A DNA stretch of 64,000 nucleotides from Candidatus Daviesbacteria bacterium (GCA_016186955.1 JACPKP010000007.1:1962-65961); one strand, 5' to 3'. Shown: positions 12,101 to 23,719, numbered from the stretch's first letter. A program made the numbers and translations. The notes: generated by a model not told the origin, from the sequence alone.

Positions 12101-14012
12101 TGTTTTAAGAAAAGATGGGAGTATTCTACCGGGTTGGCCAAGAGATATAGAGCAAAGCCAGCAATTCAAATTGTTAATTGACCCCGCTGTATCGGATTTA
12201 AACGGGGATGGTAAAAAGGAAATTATTATAGCAGATGATCGGGGGCCGAGTAACTTGTATATCCTTGATTATAAAGGAGGTGTTATAAGTGGGTGGCCTA
12301 AGCCTCTAAATCCATCGTTACCTAACAACACTTCCGGAATATTGCTGTCAAACTTTGTCATAGGAGATATTGATAACGACGGCAAACCTGAAATTGTAGC
12401 GGGTAATCACAGCGGAGTTATTACCGCCTATAAAATTGACGGATCAATTGTTCTTGGTTGGCCGGTAACTGTCAATCCGTCAGGGCATATATATCCTGTG
12501 GTAATAGGAGATTTAGATAATGATGGCAAGCCGGAAATTGTTGCAGGAACAAGCAAAAACTATCTTTATGTGTTTAGGGGTGACGGCACTCTTGTTCCAG
12601 GTTGGCCAAAGAACATAAGCGTAACTTATGGAGGTTCAGGTTTTGGTTACCCGGTTTTAGCAGATACAGATGGAGATGACCTACCCGAAATAATTGTTGT
12701 GAGCAGTATGGATTTAAGAAATCCCTTTCCTTTGCATGCTTATAAATTAAACGGACAAGAAGCAAGTGGTTTTCCGAAACCTCTTTTGACAGGAGATGAT
12801 TCTCGCCATAATAATTCTCCTGTTGTGGGTGATTTTGATGGGGACGGGTTTTTAGAATTGGCATTCATTGATGGGACTTTGAGGCTAAATGTTTGGGATC
12901 TAGTTGGACCGGTTAATTCCAACCAGCCTTGGCCAATGTTCATGCATGATCCTCAAAAAACTGGAGTTTCTATCAAGACTGCGGAATCATTGATAACTTC
13001 CTGTGCCCCTGCTAAAAATACAGTAGGCATTAATGAACCCGTAATATGGTCCGCCCAGGCCAGCGGTGGTACTGGTTCCTACCAATTCAGCTGGTCAGGG
13101 GCTGACGGGCTTACCGGCGCCAGCCAATCTGTTACTAAAAGCTATGCTTCTCCAGGCATAAAGAATGCATCAGTTGCAGTTTCTTCAGGGACACAGGCAA
13201 AAACTGCAAATTGTGTGGTAACAGTAGCAGATAACATTCCGCCTGCAGTTTCAATTACATTCCCTGGCAATAACCAGACTGTACTTAGAACCTTCAATCT
13301 TACAGCTAATGCATCTGATAATGTGGCAGTGGCAGGAGTCCAGTTTAAAATGGATGGAGTAAACTTAGGTCCAGAAGATACAACTGCCCCCTATTCAGCT
13401 TCCTGGAATACCAAACTTGCTGCCAATGCAGTGCATACTTTAACTGCAGTTGCCAGGGATAGTTCTGGAAATACCACCACCAGTTCTTCTGTGACAGTCA
13501 CTGTAGATAACTCATATAACAGGGCATTTATCACAAAATCTACCTTCAATGGTAGTTTAGGAGGGTTGTCTGGCGGTGATTCAAAATGTCAGCAGGCTGT
13601 AAACTCCCTTACTTTTGGGGGCACATTTAAAGCCTGGTTGTCTGATTCAGTAACTTCTGTATCTTCGAGACTAAATCAGAGCAGTTTGTCATATAAACTT
13701 CTTAATCCAACTGCAGTAGGTGGTGGTACAATAATTGCCAATAACTGGACAGACTTAGTTGATGGGACACTGCTTGCCCCTATCAACATAGATGAAACAG
13801 GAAATACTGTTGCAGCAGGCAGAGTTGTCTGGACTAATACTAACCCTTCAGGTGGCATTGACTCCACATCCAACAACTGCAGTAACTTTTCTTCCTCCAA
13901 CTTTTCTTACAAATCAGGTATTGGTAAAAATGACCAGATAAAGAGTGGTTGGACAACAGGCGCTAACCAGTCCTGTGACCAGCAAGCCTCCCTTTATTGC
14001 TTTGAGCAATAA
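9171..14012 (+). CDS. Large secreted S8 subtilase with FG-GAP-like repeats, PKD/Ig-like and C-terminal DUF1554-like domains
   Basis: Catalytic VVDSGID, HGTHVAG, GTSMATPHVAG; repeated GDLDNDGKPEIV/GWP; Cys-containing C-terminus ending LYCFEQ. Confidence 0.9.
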   Translation: MFEKNIIQKGLSIRQAGIAHLMLLIAVVGLVAFLLISNTFDFKNKIFNALFPKPASKAAENLDTTKIISNELLVKLKPEIANVLKGKVETAALTETGIASFDESLKKAKVKKIEFVSKKSKVNKGKRVQNPNFSSDHVDRWFKLTLANPQEKLSVDGIILDSDPKLNNSQLNASVQSPSTSRSNRLFNLKPKPTSESSFQLKDRSIPEPTLEANKNLGYGLLADSMKELKKNSQIEVVEPNYIYHKFEVTTNDFYFNSPLNELWDLKRINISKAWDLTMGSKSTVVAVVDSGIDYTHPDLLDNIWINPGESGGKENNGIDDDSNGFIDDYRGYDFVTIDPRKEDVLDTTDNDPMDELGHGTHVAGIIGALGNNDPDHSIDTGKRMVGVSNISLMAVKGLNANGEGLISDLGAAIRYVTDNGADVINMSWGGMGKSQFLDDQLQYSYNRGVVLIAAAGNSAINAAYFSPASSSYVITVASSNDQDSYSCFSNFGFKIDLSAPGGDSSSCGGGGKNILSTISKTHSSSFSIYGCCYAVAAGTSMATPHVAGTAALLLTLHPDWTQEMVRQALRKGSDDIGPPGFDLDTGYGRLDVFKTLSWQKPLSVKITYPTESTLFSTTNIQISGIVSGENLSNWKLEYASYYDQNNWQLLNSATVPVNYGLLKDWDITSLLDKPYILKLTATDQSGIIYEDRVAVVINQLILDDPPLAYPDNRFRDFAVYNIGQKVVIKGTAAQANLKNYQVKIYKANTYAEITNVKIALTNDGLQKVRNGILGTWDTSGLAQDMYIVELRANLSDGSYSALGGTVLLDNFVHSGWPKKIFDYEGSNWYLPSPYGHLITEDIDGDGKKDLLTAYGDKVVIYNGDGGVLSGWPQTVDPFNKFESIIKGPTVGDLDNDGKPEIVAAANSVSVETGTFLLNDALILIWRSDGTLFPGWPKRISGIKNPFIVLSDVDDDGQQDIVLESSSGVNADPARITVLRKDGSILPGWPRDIEQSQQFKLLIDPAVSDLNGDGKKEIIIADDRGPSNLYILDYKGGVISGWPKPLNPSLPNNTSGILLSNFVIGDIDNDGKPEIVAGNHSGVITAYKIDGSIVLGWPVTVNPSGHIYPVVIGDLDNDGKPEIVAGTSKNYLYVFRGDGTLVPGWPKNISVTYGGSGFGYPVLADTDGDDLPEIIVVSSMDLRNPFPLHAYKLNGQEASGFPKPLLTGDDSRHNNSPVVGDFDGDGFLELAFIDGTLRLNVWDLVGPVNSNQPWPMFMHDPQKTGVSIKTAESLITSCAPAKNTVGINEPVIWSAQASGGTGSYQFSWSGADGLTGASQSVTKSYASPGIKNASVAVSSGTQAKTANCVVTVADNIPPAVSITFPGNNQTVLRTFNLTANASDNVAVAGVQFKMDGVNLGPEDTTAPYSASWNTKLAANAVHTLTAVARDSSGNTTTSSSVTVTVDNSYNRAFITKSTFNGSLGGLSGGDSKCQQAVNSLTFGGTFKAWLSDSVTSVSSRLNQSSLSYKLLNPTAVGGGTIIANNWTDLVDGTLLAPINIDETGNTVAAGRVVWTNTNPSGGIDSTSNNCSNFSSSNFSYKSGIGKNDQIKSGWTTGANQSCDQQASLYCFEQ

Positions 14013-14036
14013 CCGGAAATTAAATTAAACTAGGGG

Positions 14037-14066
14037 TTGACAGGGCGCTAAGTTTTGTGGTATCTT
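14037..14066 (+). promoter_or_regulatory. sigma70 promoter of rpoB
   Basis: TTGACA-18nt-TATCTT with extended -10 TG; leader hairpin plus T-run at about 14088-14127. Confidence 0.65.
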
Positions 14067-14150
14067 TACATTAATTCAATCATTTCTAAATAAGTAGGCG
14101 TACCAGAGGTGTATGCTTATTTTTTTGTGTTGCATAGGTATTATTTTTTT

Positions 14151-17100
14151 ATGCAAGCCGCAAAAGCCAGCAATATTAATAATAGGCTGTATTGGGGGAA
14201 AAGAAGCTCTATAGCGGAGCTTAAAAAACTTGATCTTACCAGGCTCCAAAAACAATCCTACGAACTTTTTTTAAACTCCGGCATCGGACAGCTTTTAAAT
14301 GAAATATCACCTGTTGCAGATTTCACCGGAAAAAACTGGAGACTTGAATTCGGCGAATACTTTTTCGGTAAAAGCAGGTTTTCACCTGAGCAGTGCATGA
14401 TTAAAGGGGTTTCTTTTGATGCCCCGCTCCGGGTTAAAGTGGTCCTGACCAACCTCCAGACAAATGAAACATACAAACAGGAGGCTTTTTTGGGTGATAT
14501 CCCCCAGATGACGGAAAAAGGCACCTTTATTATTAATGGTGTTGAAAGGGTGATAGTCAACCAGATTGTCCGTTCCCCAGGGGTTTTTTTCTCAGCCATA
14601 GAAGATCCTATCACAGGCAGGAAGCTGTTTGGCGCTGAGCTGCGCCCTTCCCATGGTTCCTGGCTGGAATTTTCAATCTCCCGCTCTGATGTGTTAACAG
14701 TCAAAATCGACCGGAGAAGAAAATTTGCAGCAACCACTCTGCTTAGGGCGCTTGGGTTTACTGACGGCCAGATCAGGGATAGGTTTTCATCAGCAGACCA
14801 AAACAGCGACCACCGCTACATTGAATCAACCCTGGCCAAAGACATGACTAAAGACGAGAATGAAGCTCTGCTGGAAATCTTCCGCAAGATGAGGCCCGGC
14901 GACCCGGTAGTTTTAGAAACTGCACGGACACTTTTGGAAAATATGTTTTTTAATGCCCGCCGGTATAACCTGACCAGGGTGGGCAGGTTTAAAATCAATA
15001 AAAGGTTAGGTTTAAATATCCCCAATACACCGGAAAACTGGACCCTGACTAAAGAAGATATAGTTGAAACCCTAATATACTTGATCGGGTTAGCAAACGG
15101 TGCGGGGAAAGTTGACGATATTGACCATTTATCCAACAGGAGGGTGAGGATGGTTGGGGAGCTGGTGGCCCAGAATGCTTTTTGGGTCGGCCTGCAAAGG
15201 TTGGAGAGGGTAATCAGGGAAAGGATGAGCCTGCTTTCGGCTGACCAGGAGATTACTGCTTCGGGTCTGGTCAACGCCAGGCCGGTTATTGCCGCCATTA
15301 ATGAATTTTTCCGCTCTTCGCAATTGTCTCAGATACTTGACCAGATCAACCCTTTATCGGAAGTGGACCATTTAAGAAGGCTTTCCGTAACAGGCACAGG
15401 GGGTATCTCCAGGGATAGGGCCAGTTTTTCCATCCGTGATATTAACCATTCCCAATACGGCAGGATTGACCCTGTCCGTTCCCCTGAAGGGCAAAATATC
15501 GGGCTGGTTACTTATCTTGCGCTCTATGCCAGGATTAATGAGTATGGTTTTTTAGAGACACCATACAGGAAGGTGGTTTTACAGGGGAACAAGCCGAAAA
15601 TCACTGATGAAATAGTTTATTTAACAGCAGACGATGAGGAGAACTTGTATATTACCGAAGCAACTATTGAAATCAGCAATGACGGATATATTACCCAAAA
15701 AAGAGTGCCTGTGCGTTTCGGCGGTAACTTTTTTGAAACAGACAACAAAATGGTTAATTTAATTGATGTATCTCCGCAGCAGATAGTCGGGACTTCGGCA
15801 TCGCTGATCCCCTTTTTGGCCCATGATGATGCCAACAGGGCCTTGATGGGTACCCATATGCAGTGCCAGGCAGTGCCCCTGCTTTTACCGCAATCCCCCA
15901 TGGTTGGGACAGGTATGGAGGAGATTATAGCCGATAATATGGCCAGGGTTGTCAGGGCAGGTTTTGATGGGACGATAACTTATGTTGATGGGGAAAAACT
16001 GGTGCTTGAGGGAAAAGGTAAAAAAGAGGAGCTTAAAATTGAGAAGTTTGTCAATTCCCCGGCTATGACCTGTTACTCCCAACGCCCGGCTGTTTTTTTG
16101 GGCCAAAAGGTCAAAACAGGTGACCTGCTTATTGAGGGTGTATCAACTCAGGGAGGAGAGTTGGCTTTGGGACAAAATTTAATGATAGCATATATGAGCT
16201 ATGACGGTTTAGAATACGAAGACGCGATCATCATCTCTGATCGGCTTGTCAAAGAAGACCTTTTAACCAGTATCCATATTGAAGAATATTCCACAGATGT
16301 GGTTGAGACGAAACTCGGGCCGGATGAGGTCACAAGCGATATACCAAATGTTTCGGAAGATAACCTGGCCAACCTTGATGCCGGAGGTGTTGTCAGGATT
16401 GGCGCAGAGGTGGGCCCGGGGGATATATTAGTCGGTAAAGTCCAGCCTAAAGGTGAAACTGAGCTGACTGCAGAGGAGAGGTTGCTGCGGGCAATATTCG
16501 GGGAAAAAGCCAAAGAAGTCAGGGATACATCTTTGAGGATGCCCCATGGTGAAAAAGGCATTGTTATCGGGATACAGATCTTATCCAGGGAGGCAGGGGA
16601 TGATTTGGGGGCAGGGGTGCTGCAGAGGATTAAAGTTAAAGTTGCCCAGTATAGGAAAGTTTCCGCAGGTGACAAATTAGCAGGCAGGCATGGCAATAAA
16701 GGGGTTATTTCTAAAGTAGTGCCTGAGTATGATATGCCGCGTCTTGAAGACGGCACCCCGGTTGATATTATTATCCGCCCGGCAGCTATTTTAAACAGGA
16801 TGAATTTGGGGCAGCTTTTGGAAGCGCATTTTGGTTTTGCTGCCAAAAAACTGGGTTATAAAATCGCTGCGCCGGTATTTGAAAAAATTCCCGAGGAGAT
16901 ACTCACAGAAGAGCTCAAAAAAGCAAAACTTCCTGTTTCAGGCAAAAGCCGCCTGATTGACGGAAGAACAGGGGATTACTTCTACCAAGACGTGACTGTG
17001 GGGTATGCATATTTCCTGAAATTGATACATATGGTTGAGGATAAAACCCACGCACGCTCTACCGGTCCTTATTCCCTGGTTACACAACAGCCTTTAGGCG

Positions 17101-17540
17101 GGAAAGCGCAAATGGGAGGCCAAAGGTTGGGGGAGATGGAGGTTTGGGCGCTTGAAGCATACGGCGCTGCAAATATATTACAGGAAATGTTGACTATCAA
17201 ATCTGATGATGTAGTCGGAAGGGCCAAAGCATTTGAGGCGATAGTCAAAGGGACAGAGATCCCGCAGGCTTTGATACCGGAGTCATTTAAGGTTTTGGGC
17301 AAAGAATTGCAGAGCCTGGCTGTATCGGTAGAGCCTCAGGGTGTGCAGATTGTCAGCGCTCCAGCTGTTGTGGGTTTGGATGATTCAGCTGCCGCAAGTG
17401 ATGATACCAAGCTAAAGGAAAAGAAAGAGTTGGAAGAGTTCAAAGAGGCGCTTGAAGTCACTGATGTTGGGGATGTTGCTGAATTGGAGAGTGAATCAAG
17501 CCCGATGGAGATTGTTGATGTTCCCAAAACATATGAATGA
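14151..17540 (+). CDS. rpoB: RNA polymerase beta subunit (start refined to ATG 14151)
   Basis: [32 protein letters not shown]. Confidence 0.98.
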   Translation: MQAAKASNINNRLYWGKRSSIAELKKLDLTRLQKQSYELFLNSGIGQLLNEISPVADFTGKNWRLEFGEYFFGKSRFSPEQCMIKGVSFDAPLRVKVVLTNLQTNETYKQEAFLGDIPQMTEKGTFIINGVERVIVNQIVRSPGVFFSAIEDPITGRKLFGAELRPSHGSWLEFSISRSDVLTVKIDRRRKFAATTLLRALGFTDGQIRDRFSSADQNSDHRYIESTLAKDMTKDENEALLEIFRKMRPGDPVVLETARTLLENMFFNARRYNLTRVGRFKINKRLGLNIPNTPENWTLTKEDIVETLIYLIGLANGAGKVDDIDHLSNRRVRMVGELVAQNAFWVGLQRLERVIRERMSLLSADQEITASGLVNARPVIAAINEFFRSSQLSQILDQINPLSEVDHLRRLSVTGTGGISRDRASFSIRDINHSQYGRIDPVRSPEGQNIGLVTYLALYARINEYGFLETPYRKVVLQGNKPKITDEIVYLTADDEENLYITEATIEISNDGYITQKRVPVRFGGNFFETDNKMVNLIDVSPQQIVGTSASLIPFLAHDDANRALMGTHMQCQAVPLLLPQSPMVGTGMEEIIADNMARVVRAGFDGTITYVDGEKLVLEGKGKKEELKIEKFVNSPAMTCYSQRPAVFLGQKVKTGDLLIEGVSTQGGELALGQNLMIAYMSYDGLEYEDAIIISDRLVKEDLLTSIHIEEYSTDVVETKLGPDEVTSDIPNVSEDNLANLDAGGVVRIGAEVGPGDILVGKVQPKGETELTAEERLLRAIFGEKAKEVRDTSLRMPHGEKGIVIGIQILSREAGDDLGAGVLQRIKVKVAQYRKVSAGDKLAGRHGNKGVISKVVPEYDMPRLEDGTPVDIIIRPAAILNRMNLGQLLEAHFGFAAKKLGYKIAAPVFEKIPEEILTEELKKAKLPVSGKSRLIDGRTGDYFYQDVTVGYAYFLKLIHMVEDKTHARSTGPYSLVTQQPLGGKAQMGGQRLGEMEVWALEAYGAANILQEMLTIKSDDVVGRAKAFEAIVKGTEIPQALIPESFKVLGKELQSLAVSVEPQGVQIVSAPAVVGLDDSAAASDDTKLKEKKELEEFKEALEVTDVGDVAELESESSPMEIVDVPKTYE

Positions 17541-20500
17541 CCTACTTGATTTTGAAAGCTTAAAAGTATCAATTGCCAGCCCTGAGGTAATCAGGGGGTG
17601 GTCTTTTGGTGAAGTTACAAAACCTGAGACTATCAATTACCGTACCTTAAAGGCTGAGAAAGATGGGCTTTTCTCGGAAAATATTTTTGGGCCTACCAAA
17701 GATTTTGAATGTTATTGCGGTAAGTACAAGAGGATCCGTTACAGGGGTGTAATCTGTGATAAGTGCGGGGTTGAGGTAACGCAGTCAAAGGTTAGGCGGG
17801 AGAGGATGGGTCATATCTCCCTTGCTACCCCTGTTGCACACATATGGTTTGTCAAAGGTGCTCCTTCCAAAATCTCACTGGTTTTGGACCTGACAATGAA
17901 AAACCTGGAGTCAGTGATATATTTTGCATCATATATGGTGGTGGAAATTGACAGTGAAGGGAAACAGCAAGCTTTAGAACATTTGGCTAGTCAACTCGCG
18001 GACAAGAAAGCGCTGACAGTCCAAAACCTGGACAGGGCTATTGGTGAGGTAGAGAAAAATCTTGAGCAAATCCTGAAGGAATTAAAAAAGAAACTGAAAG
18101 AGCATGAAAAATTTGAATTGGCTGCTTCTGAAGAAGAATTAAAGACCCGCCAGTTTGTTGCAAGCCTAAGGGATGGCAACCAAGTTGAGTTGGGCCAGTT
18201 GGAAGGTATATACAAGGTTGTTACTGATTTGACAAACAGCATTGTACCTCTCAGGCTTCTTTCTGAAGATGAGTATTATAAACTGCAGGAGTATGGCGTA
18301 GCTGATTTTCTCAAAGTGGGTATGGGCGCAGAGGTCCTTTTGGAGGTTTTACAAAGAATTGACCTTGATAAACTGGCTGCTGAATTGAGGATAGAAGTCC
18401 AAAAATCTTCAGGGCAACGCCATATTAAAGCTACAAAAAGGCTGCGTTTAGTTGAAGGGATGCGCAAATCTAAAATCAGCCCTGCATGGATGGTGTTGAC
18501 AGTTTTGCCTGTATTACCGCCTGACCTGCGGCCTATGGTGCAGCTCCCGGGGGGCAGGTTTGCAACAAGTGATTTAAATGACCTGTACAGACGGGTTATC
18601 AACAGGAATAACAGGTTAAAAAGGTTGATTGAGCTGGGCGCTCCCGAAATTATTTTAAGGAATGAAAAACGGATGCTGCAGGAGGCCGTTGATTCTTTGA
18701 TTGACACCAATACCAGGACAACCAGGAGGATTGGAGGCCACCAGTTGCGTTCCCTCTCTGATATGTTGCGCGGTAAACAAGGCAGGTTCAGGCAAAACTT
18801 ATTGGGTAAAAGGGTTGATTACTCCGGCAGGTCAGTTATTATTGTCGGGCCTAAACTTAAACTTCATCAGGTGGGTGTGCCAAAAGAGATGGCGCTTGAG
18901 GTGTTTAAACCGTTTGTTTTAAGGGAGTTGATCTCGCGCGGTCTGGCATCAAATGTGAAAGGTGCAAAAAATATCCTGGAATTTAGGCCGCCGGAAGTTT
19001 GGGATATCCTGGAAGAAGTTATTGAAAACCACCCGGTGCTCATTAACAGGGCCCCTACACTTCACAGGCTTGGGATACAGGCATTTTACCCGGTATTGAC
19101 AGACGGTGATGCAATCCAGATCCACCCGTGTATTTGTGCAGGGTTTAATGCAGATTTTGACGGGGATCAGATGGCCATACATGTGCCGTTATCTGAAAAA
19201 GCCAAAGCTGAAGCCAGGGAGCTGATGATGGCTAAAGAAAATATCTTAAAACCGGGTGACAGCTCGCCTGTCAATATGCCGAACAAAGAGATGGCGCTTG
19301 GTTGTTTCTACATAACTTCGATAGATAAAAAACTGGAGCCATCCGAAAAAATTTACTCCGAGCAGGAAGCGTTGCTGGCCTACCAGACCAATAAATTGCA
19401 GGCAAGAAGGCTGATAAAATGTTATATCCAGGACAAATTGTTAGAGACTACTGTCGGCAGGATTTTATTTAACAAATTTTTGCCCAAAGAGCTGCAATTT
19501 CTTAATGAAAACATATCGCAAGCCTGGATTGTCAAAATTATTATGAAAGCTTTCAAAACTTTTGAGAAATCTGAAATCGCCAAACTGATTGATGACATTA
19601 AAGATTTTGGTTTTTGGGGGGTAACTATTTCAGGACTATCGCTGGCTATTTCAGATAATAAAATTATCCCTGAAAAACCTAAGCTGATCGCTCAGGGGGA
19701 TCAAGAGATTGCGGAGATTGAAAATAACCTGGCAAAAGGACTCATTACAAATGAAGAAAGACGGGCCTTAGCCCAAGAGGTTTGGACTAGGATTGGTGAG
19801 GAGATAGTCAGGGGGACATTTGCCTCGATAGATGCTGATAGCCCGATCCAGATTATTATGCAGTCAGGGGGAGCCAGGGCTACTACTGCCCAAATTGCCC
19901 AGACCTCAGGCATGAGAGGGTTTTCGGTTGACCCAACCGGAAAGATTGTAGAGCTTCCTACGAAATCCAATTACAGGGAAGGGTTAGGTGTATTTGAATA
20001 CTTTACTTCCTGCAGGGGCGCCAGAAAAGGTGTTGCAGATAGGGCTATCAGGACTGCAGATGCAGGGTATTTGACCAGAAGACTGGTTGATGTTTCCCAC
20101 GATGTAATTATCAGGATCGAAGAATGCGGTACAGACCAGGGGATAAGTCTTGAAGTTTCAAAAGAGAATATCCCATCAAACAATTCAAGATTTTTAGGCA
20201 GGAAGACTCTAAACAAGGTAGTCGATCCCAAAACAAAGAAAACAATTATTGGAAGTGATTCCTACATTGAAGAGAATGAGGTTGTTGAGCTTTTTAAAAG
20301 CAATGTGGCAGAGGTGACTATCCGTTCTCCCCTGACATGCAAGGCTAAAATTGGACTTTGTTCAAACTGTTACGGGTTAGATCTATCAAGCAGGAAGCCG
20401 GTCCAGTTGGGGACTCCGGTTGGTGTAGTTGCAGCCCAAGCTATAGGTGAACCGGGCACCCAGTTGACGATGCGGACTTTTCATACCGGTGGAGTTGTCG

Positions 20501-21213
20501 GAGTGGATATAACCCAAGGATTGCCAAGGATAGAAGAGTTATTTGAAGCGAGAAGCCCCAAAGTTGCAAGCCCGGTTTCCGAGATCGCCGGAAAGATAAC
20601 TCTGGTTGATTCAGACCAGGGCAGGATTGTACGGGTGAGAACCACATCCAAGCCTCATGAAGAACGCGAATATAATATTCCCCCTTCAGCAGAGTTATTG
20701 GTTGAAGATGGTAATTTGGTAGCAGCCGGCAGCCCGCTGGCATCAGGGCATCTGGAAATTAATGAGGTTTTAAGAGTGAGGGGTTTGAGGGAGGCGCAAA
20801 GGTATATAGTGGGCCAGGCAAGGGAGGTGTATGAGTCGCAAGGGGTGCACATCCATGAGAAACACTTTGAGGTGATTGTACGCAAGATGTCTGACAAAGT
20901 TAGGATTGAATCCCAGGGTGATGCTGTGCTTTTGCCTGGAGAGATTGTAGATAGGAACAGGTTTGAGGATGAAAATACCAGGGTGCTGGCTGAAGGCGGG
21001 GAACCTGCTACAGCAGGGGTTATAATCTTGGGGATTACCAGGTCCTCGCTTCAGACAGAGAGTTTTCTTTCTGCAGCCTCATTTCAGGAAACCACTACTG
21101 TTTTGGCAGATGCTGCATCATCCGGTAAGGTGGACAAGTTGCTTGGGCTCAAAGAAAATGTTATCATTGGACGATTAATACCAACTAGCCCCGAACGGGC
21201 GAAGATGGAGTAA
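17533..21213 (+). CDS. rpoC: RNA polymerase beta' subunit (start refined to MNDLLDF)
   Basis: CYCGKYK zinc finger, [22 protein letters not shown]. Confidence 0.98.
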   Translation: MNDLLDFESLKVSIASPEVIRGWSFGEVTKPETINYRTLKAEKDGLFSENIFGPTKDFECYCGKYKRIRYRGVICDKCGVEVTQSKVRRERMGHISLATPVAHIWFVKGAPSKISLVLDLTMKNLESVIYFASYMVVEIDSEGKQQALEHLASQLADKKALTVQNLDRAIGEVEKNLEQILKELKKKLKEHEKFELAASEEELKTRQFVASLRDGNQVELGQLEGIYKVVTDLTNSIVPLRLLSEDEYYKLQEYGVADFLKVGMGAEVLLEVLQRIDLDKLAAELRIEVQKSSGQRHIKATKRLRLVEGMRKSKISPAWMVLTVLPVLPPDLRPMVQLPGGRFATSDLNDLYRRVINRNNRLKRLIELGAPEIILRNEKRMLQEAVDSLIDTNTRTTRRIGGHQLRSLSDMLRGKQGRFRQNLLGKRVDYSGRSVIIVGPKLKLHQVGVPKEMALEVFKPFVLRELISRGLASNVKGAKNILEFRPPEVWDILEEVIENHPVLINRAPTLHRLGIQAFYPVLTDGDAIQIHPCICAGFNADFDGDQMAIHVPLSEKAKAEARELMMAKENILKPGDSSPVNMPNKEMALGCFYITSIDKKLEPSEKIYSEQEALLAYQTNKLQARRLIKCYIQDKLLETTVGRILFNKFLPKELQFLNENISQAWIVKIIMKAFKTFEKSEIAKLIDDIKDFGFWGVTISGLSLAISDNKIIPEKPKLIAQGDQEIAEIENNLAKGLITNEERRALAQEVWTRIGEEIVRGTFASIDADSPIQIIMQSGGARATTAQIAQTSGMRGFSVDPTGKIVELPTKSNYREGLGVFEYFTSCRGARKGVADRAIRTADAGYLTRRLVDVSHDVIIRIEECGTDQGISLEVSKENIPSNNSRFLGRKTLNKVVDPKTKKTIIGSDSYIEENEVVELFKSNVAEVTIRSPLTCKAKIGLCSNCYGLDLSSRKPVQLGTPVGVVAAQAIGEPGTQLTMRTFHTGGVVGVDITQGLPRIEELFEARSPKVASPVSEIAGKITLVDSDQGRIVRVRTTSKPHEEREYNIPPSAELLVEDGNLVAAGSPLASGHLEINEVLRVRGLREAQRYIVGQAREVYESQGVHIHEKHFEVIVRKMSDKVRIESQGDAVLLPGEIVDRNRFEDENTRVLAEGGEPATAGVIILGITRSSLQTESFLSAASFQETTTVLADAASSGKVDKLLGLKENVIIGRLIPTSPERAKME

Positions 21214-21215
21214 AT

Positions 21216-21689
21216 ATGCCGACAATTAACCAATTAGTCAGAAAAGGGCGGAAAAGCAAGGCTAAGAAATTTAAAGCAACACTGCTGCGCCGTTCATATA
21301 ATGCTAAAGAGAGGAGATATACTTCCTCGCCAAATCCGCAAAAACGCGGGGTAGTTACTTTAGTGCGTACAATGACACCAAGAAAGCCAAATTCAGCCTT
21401 GCGTAAAGTTGCCAGAGTGAGGCTTTCAAACCGTGGGGAAGTCACAGCTTATATCCAGGGGATAGGGCATGATTTAGCTGAGCATGGGATTGTTTTGGTG
21501 CGGGGAGGCAGGGTTAAAGACCTTCCGGGTGTAAAATACCATTTGATCAGAGGGAAGCTTGACCTGGCAGGGGTTGCAGGCAGAAAAACATCAAGGAGCA
21601 AGTATGGTTCTAAAAAAGGCGGGGGTGGGGTAGCTGCGCCAAGAGCAGCAGCGCCTGCGCCGGCACCTGTAGCTGGAGGAGGAGCATAA
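21216..21689 (+). CDS. rpsL: 30S protein uS12 with Ala/Pro/Gly tail
   Basis: [28 protein letters not shown]. Confidence 0.97.
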   Translation: MPTINQLVRKGRKSKAKKFKATLLRRSYNAKERRYTSSPNPQKRGVVTLVRTMTPRKPNSALRKVARVRLSNRGEVTAYIQGIGHDLAEHGIVLVRGGRVKDLPGVKYHLIRGKLDLAGVAGRKTSRSKYGSKKGGGGVAAPRAAAPAPAPVAGGGA

Positions 21690-21699
21690 GATTACAATT

Positions 21700-22173
21700 A
21701 TGAGATCAGGAAAAATTACAAAGAGAAAATTAGCGCCAGACCCGGTATATAATTCAAAACTTGTCACCCGTTTTATCAACAGGGTGATGTTTGACGGAAA
21801 AAAAACAGTTGCCCAAAACCTGGTGTACAAAGCTTTAGAACAAATTGAAAAAAGCGGCAAAAACCCGGTGCAGACCTTTGAGACAGCTATTGCTAATATC
21901 TCCCCCAGGATGGAAGTCAGGCCCAGAAGGGTGGGGGGAGCTTCCTACCAGGTGCCAACTGAGGTGCGGGGTGACAGGAGGGAAGCTTTGGCAATACGAT
22001 GGTTGATCACAGCCGCCAAATCCCGTTCCAACAAGGAATTCCACACTTTCTCGGAAAAATTGGCTGCAGAATTTTTGGCAGCTGCTGAAAACCAGGGTGC
22101 AGCCATTAAGAAAAAAGAAGATATTTCCAGGATGGCTGAAGCTAACAAAGCTTTCGCTCATTTCAGATGGTAA
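21700..22173 (+). CDS. rpsG: 30S protein uS7
   Basis: RRVGGASYQVP, ANKAFAHFRW. Confidence 0.97.
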   Translation: MRSGKITKRKLAPDPVYNSKLVTRFINRVMFDGKKTVAQNLVYKALEQIEKSGKNPVQTFETAIANISPRMEVRPRRVGGASYQVPTEVRGDRREALAIRWLITAAKSRSNKEFHTFSEKLAAEFLAAAENQGAAIKKKEDISRMAEANKAFAHFRW

Positions 22174-22174
22174 T

Positions 22175-22366
22175 ATGAAAGAATTGACAAGAGATTTAAG
22201 CACGAGACAGGAAGCTATCAAAAACAATTTGAGTGATTTCAAATCTGATTATATGAATTTGCCTTTAAAGTGGAGAGTGGTGGGCACTGTTGCCTTTTTT
22301 GGATCAGCAATTGCAGCTGGAACTGGATTAGGGATTGCAGTAAGTATAGCCAAGTTATATTTTTAG
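22175..22366 (+). CDS. Small membrane protein
   Basis: ATG directly after the rpsG stop; C-terminal hydrophobic helix. Confidence 0.5.
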   Translation: MKELTRDLSTRQEAIKNNLSDFKSDYMNLPLKWRVVGTVAFFGSAIAAGTGLGIAVSIAKLYF

Positions 22367-22525
22367 TTTTTTTTCAAATCCCGCCCCCGGGTAATCCTAG
22401 GCGCAACTTATGAAAGAACACCTACCAGACTTTAATCCTAAAACTGCTGTTTACATTGAAACAGGAGGCGATAGTGAAGTTTATCAAGTTGGGTTGGTGA
22501 TCTGATAATGTGATAAAATCTGGGT

Positions 22526-23383
22526 ATGGGTCCTGATGAAGAGACTGTGGAACCAGGGTTAGAAACAGAGGAATTGGCCCAAAAGATAAACCCCTTTTGG
22601 GAACAGCCCTATCAGTTGGCAAGAGCAGTTGCCAGAAGATGGAGAAAACCCGAGGCGAAAACAGAGATAGAACCTACTATTGCGTCTACTCACCAGGAAG
22701 ATATCCTTTCAACTAGAGATAAAAAAAACAAGCGGGAATTAGGAGCAGATAGCGCTAATGTTGTACTATTTGTTGAGCTTGAAGATGATGGCTCAGCAAT
22801 ATACAAACCCGTAAGTGGAGAGCAGCCTTACTTAAGACATGGTATTGAAGCAGGGACTTATTATCAAAGAGAACGGGCAGCATACCTAGTAGATAGGTTT
22901 TTAGGTCTCGGTTTAGTTCCACCAACCGTAATACGTGAATTAGATGGTGAGATTGGGAGTTTGCAGCAGTTTATTCCAGAAACAACGGGCAGTTGGGGTG
23001 TGGATCTTTCTCAACTACAAGAAGATTTATATCAACTTTGGGTTTTTGATTATATTATTTGGAATACAGATAGACATTCAGGTAATTTACTTTTTCAGGG
23101 TAATAAGCTTTTCGCAATCGATCATGGTCTGTCTTTTGGGAGTGAGTGTCGTATGTTCATGAGGCATTTTTATGACATTGCCGCTCCCAAACAACTGGTT
23201 GGTCTGCTGGAGCAATTTTTAAAAGATGACAAAAGCAAAAAAATTCTACAAGAACTACTTGAGGAGTTGCTCAGTGAAGATGAGGTAAAGGCTTGTGTGA
23301 GAAGGATTGAACATATCGGTTCTAAATTAATCAAAAATGGTATGATCAAACTTAATGAAGATAGCATTTTCAATCCTGAATAA
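22526..23383 (+). CDS. PI3/PI4-kinase-like (HipA/CtkA superfamily) kinase
   Basis: AIYKP, RERAAY, GSLQQF, DRHSGN, AIDHG. Confidence 0.82.
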   Translation: MGPDEETVEPGLETEELAQKINPFWEQPYQLARAVARRWRKPEAKTEIEPTIASTHQEDILSTRDKKNKRELGADSANVVLFVELEDDGSAIYKPVSGEQPYLRHGIEAGTYYQRERAAYLVDRFLGLGLVPPTVIRELDGEIGSLQQFIPETTGSWGVDLSQLQEDLYQLWVFDYIIWNTDRHSGNLLFQGNKLFAIDHGLSFGSECRMFMRHFYDIAAPKQLVGLLEQFLKDDKSKKILQELLEELLSEDEVKACVRRIEHIGSKLIKNGMIKLNEDSIFNPE

Positions 23384-23388
23384 CACAA

Positions 23389-23643
23389 ATGGCTTATGTA
23401 GAGATCTATAAATTAAATAATGATGGTTCGCAAAAGATTTTGGCTGTTTGCAGGCAGCTTGGGGAAGAGGTGGTTTGTGAAGGAGAGGAAAAGTTCATTG
23501 AATATTTAAATAAAGAGGGGATTAATGATTACAATTCCCCATCCCCGAAAAAATTATTCCCAAAAGACGGTAGGTTGTTTCTTGAACAATTAAAGTACAA
23601 TTTCAAATCAGGATACCTAAATGCCACTGATTTAAAAGAATGA
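23389..23643 (+). CDS. Small hypothetical protein coupled to the kinase
   Basis: Starts 5 nt after the kinase stop. Confidence 0.65.
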   Translation: MAYVEIYKLNNDGSQKILAVCRQLGEEVVCEGEEKFIEYLNKEGINDYNSPSPKKLFPKDGRLFLEQLKYNFKSGYLNATDLKE

Positions 23644-23650
23644 ACCGCGT

Positions 23651-23719
23651 TAGGCACAAAAGGCGTCCCCTTTTGAGGCTAAATTAATTTATACCCCCTT
23701 GTTTTAACTGTAACTATTT
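23651..23719. repeat. 69-bp direct repeat, copy 1
   Basis: Identical to 24453-24521. Confidence 0.95.

Noticed and set aside
17930-18260. Long insertion near the RpoC N-terminus considered as an intein
   Set aside because: No splicing motifs; it is a coiled coil at the known lineage-specific beta' insertion site.
22373-22392. TTCAAATCCCGCCCCCGG resembles a tRNA 3' end (att remnant)
   Set aside because: There is no upstream tRNA body, and the sister motifs look more like REP-type palindromes. Kept only as a boundary motif.
23649-23655. GTTAGGC matches the integron core site GTTRRRY at the cassette end
   Set aside because: There is no inverse core RYYYAAC, no attC-length hairpin and no integrase in the window.
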